Shown here piece after piece: positions 57,974 through 64,000 of a DNA stretch of 64,000 nucleotides. The stretch lies in NCBI GenBank assembly GCA_963828855.1, contig CAWHGB010000003.1, forward strand, positions 19,457 to 83,456. Direction: 5' to 3'. The stretch's first letter is position 1; each line of letters starts with the position of its first letter. The stretch is from an uncultured Chloroflexia bacterium. Lineage in GTDB: Bacteria > Chloroflexota > Anaerolineae > Anaerolineales > Anaerolineaceae. A program made the translations under genes and the position numbers. The notes beneath the pieces are model-generated. The model was not told the origin of the DNA. It did no database searches and saw only the letters and a list, made by a program, of their open reading frames with translations.

Positions 57974-58473
57974 ATGAAGAGTGGATCCTGATGCGCCATG
58001 CAAAATCAAGCTGGAAATTCCCCGAACTTGCTGAATAGGACCGCCCACTTACGAAACGCGGGGAGCGGGACGCACCACGGATGGGAAAGCTCCTGAAAAA
58101 GAGGAGGTCATTCCGGAACGCATCCTCAGCTCCACCGCAGTGCGCGCGGCAGCCACCGCCGAAGCCGTGGCGCAGAAGCTGGATTACAAGGAAGAGGATC
58201 ACTTACATGGATTCGCTCTACATCGCCGAACCTGCCAACATCATTGAAGCCCTCCAGACTTTGCCAGCCGAAGTGAAGAAGGTGCTGGTGGTCGGTCACA
58301 ACCCGGGAATGGAAGGATTGGCGCAGATCTCTGGGGGGCAGGTTGTGAGTATCTCCCCACAGCGGCCATGGCAGAGATCAAGATCCCCATCAAGGATTGG
58401 ATCGAGATTAAATTACGGCGTTGAAGGGGAGCTGGTGGGGCTCTTTCGACCGGAGCATCGATTCGGGTATTAA
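57974..58473 (+). pseudogene. SixA-like histidine phosphatase with an in-frame TAG and at least 4 frame changes
   Basis: Recognisable pieces lie in alternating frames: ILMRHAKSSW, (TAG at 58036) DRPLTKRGERDAPRMGKLLKK, EEVIPERILSSTAVRAAATAEAVAQKLDYKEE, YMDSLYIAEP...VLVVGHNPGMEGLAQI, PTAAMAEIKIPIKDWIEIKL, GELVGLFRPE. Confidence 0.6.
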
Positions 58474-58478
58474 TCAGC

Positions 58479-58508
58479 AACCGGCCGGATTTTCTGGCCG
58501 GTTTTTTT
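58479..58508. terminator. Intrinsic terminator
   Basis: aaccggcc-(9 nt)-ggccggttttttt. Confidence 0.7.
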
Positions 58509-58692
58509 ATTGGGCCGATGGGCAAGTTAAGCCAAGAAACCTGATTTCTTGTTTCAGTTATTTCCTTCTCCCAAGGATAATGATAGCAACAGCACACCCA
58601 TATCGCGATCAGCGCCAGGAGTATTTCAGCGCCAGGATGTATGGGCAAACTCCGCACCGGATTGGTGGCAGGGGTTTCTCCGGCTGGTCCGA

Positions 58693-59355
58693 TCAGCTTT
58701 CCCTGTTGCTCTGCGGGAGGGATTCCCAGGATGGGACTTTGCCCTGCCAGGAATCCGCTGCTGGCTGGCTGGCCTGTGGAACTTCCGGTTGGGGGGGTTC
58801 CAGTTGTGCTTCAGCAGCAGATGGGGCGGCAGCAGGTGGAGCGGGAAGAGCCTGATCCAAGGTTCCTGATTCGAGTGATGGCCCGCCCCCTTTTCCAAAG
58901 GCTTCCACGGTGGGAGTAACCCATAAGATGATCTCGTTATTCATCTGACCGGAGGCGGCTCTTTCCGCGCTCATAGCTTCGCTGGCTGCCAGGGGGGCGG
59001 CGGCTGGCGCAGCTGCTGTCAGCATCCCTGCCGCGAAAAAACACCGTCGCATCCAGGGCAAGCAAAATCACCAGCGCGGCGGAGGCCAGCCCGGCTGCCA
59101 GGCGCATGGGAAATAGGAATGGAGAGGGCTTTCGCTCCGGAACGACACCCGGTTTCAGAAAGAAATTACGTCTCACTTTGTGGCGTGGCAATTCTTTCAT
59201 CAACATCCTCAGGTGCCGCAATTGTTGCCATTCTTTGGAAAGATCAGGGGATCCAGCGATCTTCCGTTCCAAGTCGTTCGTTTCTTGGACGGAAGACGCC
59301 CATCCAGCAGGGCGGAAAGGTGCTCGCGGTCGCGGTCTGAAACGGGGTTGGTCAT
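58693..59355 (-). CDS. Anti-sigma factor (single-pass membrane); two compensating frame changes; C-terminal boundary uncertain
   Basis: The ATG at 59355 overlaps the sigma-factor stop (ATGA). It reads MTNPVSDRDREHLSALLDG.., then a shifted frame gives ..ETNDLERKIAGSPDLSKEWQQLRHLRMLMKELP plus a TM segment (LAAGLASAALVILLAL). It returns to the first frame at the T6 run 59036-59041. Confidence 0.6.
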
Positions 59356-59966
59356 CCAATCTCCTCGTTAAACAGACGGAAGCGGGCAGGCAAAAGTTCC
59401 TCAAAGGTTTTCAGGCAGTCGCGAAGCTTGAAGCGCGCTCTTGCCAGCCGGCTTTTAATCGTCCCCAGTGGAGTTCCGGCTGCCCTGGCGATCTCCTCGT
59501 AATCCAAGCCCTCGATATCTGCCAGGATAACTGCTGAGCGGAACTCCGGCGGCAGCCCGTCCAGGCAGTGCTGAATGGCATGCTCCAGTTCCTGCCGCTC
59601 GAGTGCCAGCTGAGGATCTGGTGCGGCGGGGTCGGTCGCCGCTAAGGATTCTTCCAGCGAAGGTTGATCTTCATCCCCCTCCCCATCCAGGGAGATTGTC
59701 GGGCGGCGCTTCCGGCGGCGCAGCTCGTCATAACAGGCGTTGGTGACCATGCGGAGCACCCAGGCCTTAAACGAACCTCCCCGGTATTGCCTCAGGTTGC
59801 GGTAAGCAGAAATGAACGCGTTCTGGGTGGCATCCTCGGCAGCCGGCACTTCACCCAAAATTCGCAAGGCAACATTGAAAGCCGACTCCTGGTATTCCAG
59901 GACCAACCGATTGAAGGCGTCAAGGTCGCCATCCACGGCAGAACGGATCAGAGCTAATTCATCCAT
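59352..59966 (-). CDS. ECF-type RNA polymerase sigma-70 family factor
   Basis: Region 2 (...FNRLVLEYQESAFNVALRILG..AEDATQNAFISAY) and region 4 (..LADIEGLDYEEIARAAGTPLGTIKSRLARAR). The start is taken at the Met at 59966; the track uses 60011. Confidence 0.85.
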   Translation of the reverse strand: MDELALIRSAVDGDLDAFNRLVLEYQESAFNVALRILGEVPAAEDATQNAFISAYRNLRQYRGGSFKAWVLRMVTNACYDELRRRKRRPTISLDGEGDEDQPSLEESLAATDPAAPDPQLALERQELEHAIQHCLDGLPPEFRSAVILADIEGLDYEEIARAAGTPLGTIKSRLARARFKLRDCLKTFEELLPARFRLFNEEIG

Positions 59967-60086
59967 CGCATAATGATTATAGCTGAAGGAAATAATGCAT
60001 TTTGGTGTCATTCGACAAAATCATTTTTGTGGTGCATAATATTGGAGTTCATCAAACCCAACTCCCTGGCATCCATTGGAGCGTTT

Positions 60087-61058
60087 ATGAAAAATCTTTC
60101 GATCGGAAAATTCCGCGGGTTGCAGCAGTGTGCCACAGATCGAGGCGCCATCTCGGTGTTGGCGCTCGACCATCGTACAAACCTTCGAAATTCGCTAAAC
60201 TCCACCGATCCGAAATCGGTTACCGATGCCCAAATGATGGATTTCAAATGCGACGTGATCTCCTCGGTGGGTAATGCCTGCTCCGCTGTACTTCTTGACC
60301 CGGAATACGGGTTAGCGAACGGGATCAGCTGCGGGGCGCTGCCCGGTCACACCGGATTGATCGCGACCCTGGATGCCACCGGTTATACAGGCGAAAGCCG
60401 CGCCAGGCATTCGAATCTCTTGGAAGGCTGGGGGGTCAAGAAAGCCCGCCGCATGGGTGCTAACGCGGTCAAGCTCCTTGTCTATTACCACCCTGATTCC
60501 CCCACAGCTGCAGAGATCGAATCTCTCGTGGCAAGGGTGGGGGAGGACTGCCTGGCGGAGGATATCCCTTTCTTCCTCGAAACTCTTTCTTACTCGCTCT
60601 CGCCAGCTTCCAATAAACTCGCGCCGGAGGAACGTCACCGTGTGGTGATCGAGACCGCCCGCCGGCTGACCCCACTCAAGGTCGATGTGCTCAAGACCGA
60701 ATTCCCGATGGATATCTCTGCAGAGGTGAACGAAGCTGCCTGGGCAAAGGCCTGCGCCGAGCTTTCGGTGGCCAGTGTGGTCCCCTGGGTGCTGCTTTCG
60801 GCTTCGGTCAGCTTCGAGATCTTTCTGCGCCAGACGACCATCGCATGCGGTAAAGGCGCTTCGGGTGTGGCGGTGGGGCGGGCAGTCTGGCAGGAAGCCG
60901 CCACCATGGATGGAGAGGCAAGACGGAATTTCCTGGGCAGCAAGGTTGTCGAGCGGATGACCCGTGTGACAGCCGTGTGCAACGCGCTCGCTCGTCCCTG
61001 GACGGATTTTTATAAGATGGAAAAACCTCAACCGGATTGGTACAAGAACATATCCTGA
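60087..61058 (+). CDS. Class I tagatose-1,6-bisphosphate aldolase family (LacD/YihT-like)
   Basis: From the Met at 60087: MKNLSIGKFRGLQQCATDRGAISVLALDHR...AVLLDPEYG...GANAVKLLVYY...VLKTEFP matches the family pattern. Confidence 0.7.
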   Translation: MKNLSIGKFRGLQQCATDRGAISVLALDHRTNLRNSLNSTDPKSVTDAQMMDFKCDVISSVGNACSAVLLDPEYGLANGISCGALPGHTGLIATLDATGYTGESRARHSNLLEGWGVKKARRMGANAVKLLVYYHPDSPTAAEIESLVARVGEDCLAEDIPFFLETLSYSLSPASNKLAPEERHRVVIETARRLTPLKVDVLKTEFPMDISAEVNEAAWAKACAELSVASVVPWVLLSASVSFEIFLRQTTIACGKGASGVAVGRAVWQEAATMDGEARRNFLGSKVVERMTRVTAVCNALARPWTDFYKMEKPQPDWYKNIS

Positions 61059-61171
61059 ATAGATTAATTCTTGGCAGGGAGAAATTCCCCGTATTTTTCG
61101 ACTTGTTGAATTTATAATCTAGTAGAAATGTTATTAATATATAAAATTATCGCTTTAACCTTTTCGAAATA

Positions 61172-63928
61172 ATGCCTAAACAGCAAATCGTACTTCTTCA
61201 GACAAAACTCCATCGTCCGCACATGCCGGCTAGTCTTATCAAGCGTTCACGTCTGTTAGATCTGCTCGATAAGAATATCGATAACCCCCTTGTCCTGGTC
61301 TGTGCGCCTGCCGGTTTCGGGAAAACCACCCTGATCGGAACATGGCTTGAGAATAGGGCAGAAGATCGAGGTGCGAAAGCAGCCTCCCTGCCATCTGCAT
61401 GGATTTCCCTGGATGAAAATGATAGCGATCTCTATCTCTTTCTAAGTTATTTCGTCGCAGCAGTTCGGACAATTTTCGACGACGCTTGCGTGGATACCCT
61501 GGGTTTACTCGAAGCACGGCAGCAGACCCCGGTGGAAGTTCTCTATACTACATTCAGCAATGATCTCACAACACTTCCCGGTGATTTAATAGTTGTACTG
61601 GATGACTACCATACCGTTCAAGGTAAAGAAGTTCACAATCTTCTATCAGAATTGATGCGGCACTGGCCAAAACCGCTGCACCTGGTGTTGATTTCGCGTA
61701 TCAGCCCACCCATCCCATTATCCAGTTTTCGAGCGAAAGGTATGGTCTGCGAAATTCGCACCCGTGATCTGCGCTTCACGCCTGAGGAAACAGCGACATA
61801 TTTGGATCCTACGGATTCAAACCAAATAATGCAAAACAACCTGCCCCTTTTGGAAGAAAGATTCGAAGGTTGGCCTGCCGGTTTACATCTTGCCACGCTT
61901 TCATTGCGCTCCGAGATCAACCAGGATTCGTTCCTGGCAACGCTTTCAAATGAAAACACAAATATTACCGGTTACCTCGTTGATGAGGTCCTGAAGCAAC
62001 AACCTCCGGTGATTCAAACATTTTTATTGAAAACATCCATTCTGGATCGCTTTTGCGTTTCATTATGCGAAGCGGTTATTCCTGGGATCGATCCCACCTG
62101 GGAAATGCGTGCTTGTTTGGATTGGGTGGAGCAGGCTGAATTGTTTTTTATCCCGTTGGATAACCGGCGGGAATGGTACCGGTACCACCATTTATTCCAG
62201 GATTTACTGCATCGGAGGTTGTCCTTAGAGTTTACAGCTGACAGGGTCGCCGAATTACATCGCCAGGCTTCATCCTGGTTTGAAGGGCACGAGTTGATTG
62301 AGGAAGCCTTGCATCACGCCTTGACTGCGGGTGACCTGGATCTGGTCGCACACCTGATGTATACCGGCATGCGGGATGTGGTCAACCGTGAGGATCGTCC
62401 AACTTTAGAACGATGGCAGCGCCTCTTGACAGACGAGATGATCATGCGGCACCCGGAGCTATTAATGCTCAAAGTATGGGTACTGCAGTTTTCCTGGAGA
62501 CTTCATCTTCAATCCCAGGTAATCGAGCAGCTCAATATGCTAATGGATTCGGCAGAACGAGCACCGATGGATGTGCACGACCTCAAAATCCTGCGCGGAC
62601 AAACCCTGTTAATAAAAGGTCAATATGCGTATTTTCGCAACCAGACCTCGCAGTCGATCGACTTCTGCCGCCAAGTTTTGGAACTCCTGCCTCCAGAGTG
62701 GACGTTTGTACGCGGTGGAGCAATGCTTTACCTTGGACTTTCCCTGCAGGCCAGCGGCCAATCGTCGGCAGCGGAACGGCTGCTGCTCGATGAATTTGAT
62801 TCTTATCATAATAAAAGCGATATCTTTGCTCTTATGCTTTTACAATCACTTAGTTTAATTTACCTTAAAACCAACCGGCTTGACCAGGTAATTCAAACAG
62901 CGCAATTGTTGCATCAACTGGCAGACAGCGGTGGATTCCGGCTCATGAAATATTGGGGGGACTGGTTCCTTGGTATGGTGCATTATCAACGAGACGAAAT
63001 GGATGCTGCCATGCGTCACTTTATCCAGATCGTTGAAAATCCGTATATCGCCCATATATCCTCTTACCGGGATGCCATCGCAGGTATGGCATTAATTCAT
63101 CAGAGCAAAGCGCAGAGCTCAGAAGCCCAGTTGATGATGGAATCGATCATCAAGTTAGACCTGGAGCAGAGCGGAAGCGAAGATAACCGGACACGCTCGC
63201 TGCATGCCAGGCTGATGCTATTACAAGGAAACCTGGAAGGCGCAAGCCGGTGGGCAGATGGTTTCACCGATCTTCCGCCAGACCAACCCCTTATGTGGCT
63301 GGAAGAACCGCAGATAACCCGGGTACGCGTCCTCATAGCTAAAGGAAAAGGTCCAGATTTAAGGTTAGCGATGCAAATTTTGGATTCTCTGGACGAGATT
63401 ACAAATCGGACACATAATTTAAACCATAAACTCGAGGTATTGTCTCTTCGTGCCCTGGCGCTTGAAGCGCAAGGGGAATCCAGCCTGGCGGAAAATGCGA
63501 TACAGGAGGCAATTAACCTTTCCCGAACAGGGGAGATCATCCGGATCTTTGTTGACCTGGGGAAACCCATGCAGTCGATAATCCAAAGACTTCCGAAGCA
63601 AGATGATCCCAATGAGATGATTCACCGTATCCTGGCAGCTTTTCCGAAGGACAATAAAAACCCAGTTCGTATTGAAAGTCCATCACAAAAGGCGCGCCAG
63701 CTAACATTAATTAACTCAAAATTGTCCGAGCCTTTGACACCCCGGGAACTCGAAATCCTGAATTTATTATCCGGACCGCTAAGCATGAAAGAAATCGCAC
63801 GCGAGCTCAATATTTCATACGCGACTGCTAAACGCCACGCGATCAATCTATACAGCAAGCTTGATGTAAGCCTTCGCCGGGATGCTGTGAATCGGGCTTT
63901 GGAACTGGGTATCCTGCTCCCAGACTGA
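61172..63928 (+). CDS. MalT-like LuxR-family regulator (STAND ATPase + TPR-like + LuxR HTH), intact
   Basis: 918 aa with Walker A motif CAPAGFGKTTL and the C-terminus LTPRELEILNLLSGPLSMKEIARELNISYATAKRHAINLYSKL. It is a paralog of 8293..11038. Confidence 0.85.
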   Translation: MPKQQIVLLQTKLHRPHMPASLIKRSRLLDLLDKNIDNPLVLVCAPAGFGKTTLIGTWLENRAEDRGAKAASLPSAWISLDENDSDLYLFLSYFVAAVRTIFDDACVDTLGLLEARQQTPVEVLYTTFSNDLTTLPGDLIVVLDDYHTVQGKEVHNLLSELMRHWPKPLHLVLISRISPPIPLSSFRAKGMVCEIRTRDLRFTPEETATYLDPTDSNQIMQNNLPLLEERFEGWPAGLHLATLSLRSEINQDSFLATLSNENTNITGYLVDEVLKQQPPVIQTFLLKTSILDRFCVSLCEAVIPGIDPTWEMRACLDWVEQAELFFIPLDNRREWYRYHHLFQDLLHRRLSLEFTADRVAELHRQASSWFEGHELIEEALHHALTAGDLDLVAHLMYTGMRDVVNREDRPTLERWQRLLTDEMIMRHPELLMLKVWVLQFSWRLHLQSQVIEQLNMLMDSAERAPMDVHDLKILRGQTLLIKGQYAYFRNQTSQSIDFCRQVLELLPPEWTFVRGGAMLYLGLSLQASGQSSAAERLLLDEFDSYHNKSDIFALMLLQSLSLIYLKTNRLDQVIQTAQLLHQLADSGGFRLMKYWGDWFLGMVHYQRDEMDAAMRHFIQIVENPYIAHISSYRDAIAGMALIHQSKAQSSEAQLMMESIIKLDLEQSGSEDNRTRSLHARLMLLQGNLEGASRWADGFTDLPPDQPLMWLEEPQITRVRVLIAKGKGPDLRLAMQILDSLDEITNRTHNLNHKLEVLSLRALALEAQGESSLAENAIQEAINLSRTGEIIRIFVDLGKPMQSIIQRLPKQDDPNEMIHRILAAFPKDNKNPVRIESPSQKARQLTLINSKLSEPLTPRELEILNLLSGPLSMKEIARELNISYATAKRHAINLYSKLDVSLRRDAVNRALELGILLPD

Positions 63929-64000
63929 CCACTTTCCTCTTATTTACACCCTAATCCATCTACACCTTAATTACACCCCACGGGTGGTATCGAACCATGT

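Noticed and set aside
63975-64000. Possible start of a tRNA at the window edge, because of a ggtatcgaacc / GGTTCGATACC T-loop-like string
   Set aside because: Only 2-3 bp of flanking complementarity can be drawn, no acceptor stem is present, and the sequence is cut by the window end.

Overview
This 64-kb window looks like chromosome from a moderately high-GC bacterium. Gene content, Pro/Thr-rich linkers in secreted proteins and MalT-like LuxR regulators suggest a Chloroflexota/Anaerolineae-like organism, but that is inference only. The housekeeping backbone is dnaA with a 630-bp non-coding upstream region (candidate oriC), rnj, gatC-gatA-[CAP-domain gene]-gatB, rsmA, a yabE-like gene, mutY, pcm, an initiator tRNA-Met and a tRNA-Phe. 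Accessory content includes a DeoR-controlled sugar-phosphate operon, a sugar ABC importer without an ATPase gene, and two ~915-aa MalT-like regulators. It also includes an ECF sigma/anti-sigma pair, several transporters, and many small membrane proteins. Three things stand out. (1) Directly 3' of tRNA-Phe lie five tandem ~100-bp units. Each is a rearranged copy of the 3' two-thirds of that tRNA plus its complete intrinsic terminator. (2) The 3' end and terminator of the initiator tRNA recur as a 46-bp direct repeat 7.6 kb away, bracketing an integrase-less gene block. That distal copy belongs to a longer, degenerate pseudo-tRNA, and a third related hairpin copy lies inverted at 6.6 kb. (3) At least 14 genes carry about 20 single-nucleotide reading-frame disruptions, including gatB, rsmA and mutY. 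Many fall in homopolymers and several occur as compensating pairs. This points to sequencing or assembly indels rather than biology, so every 'frameshift' below should be read that way. No CRISPR array, rRNA, transposase, integrase or recognisable defence system was found. All coordinates and alignments were worked out by eye, and no database search was run.
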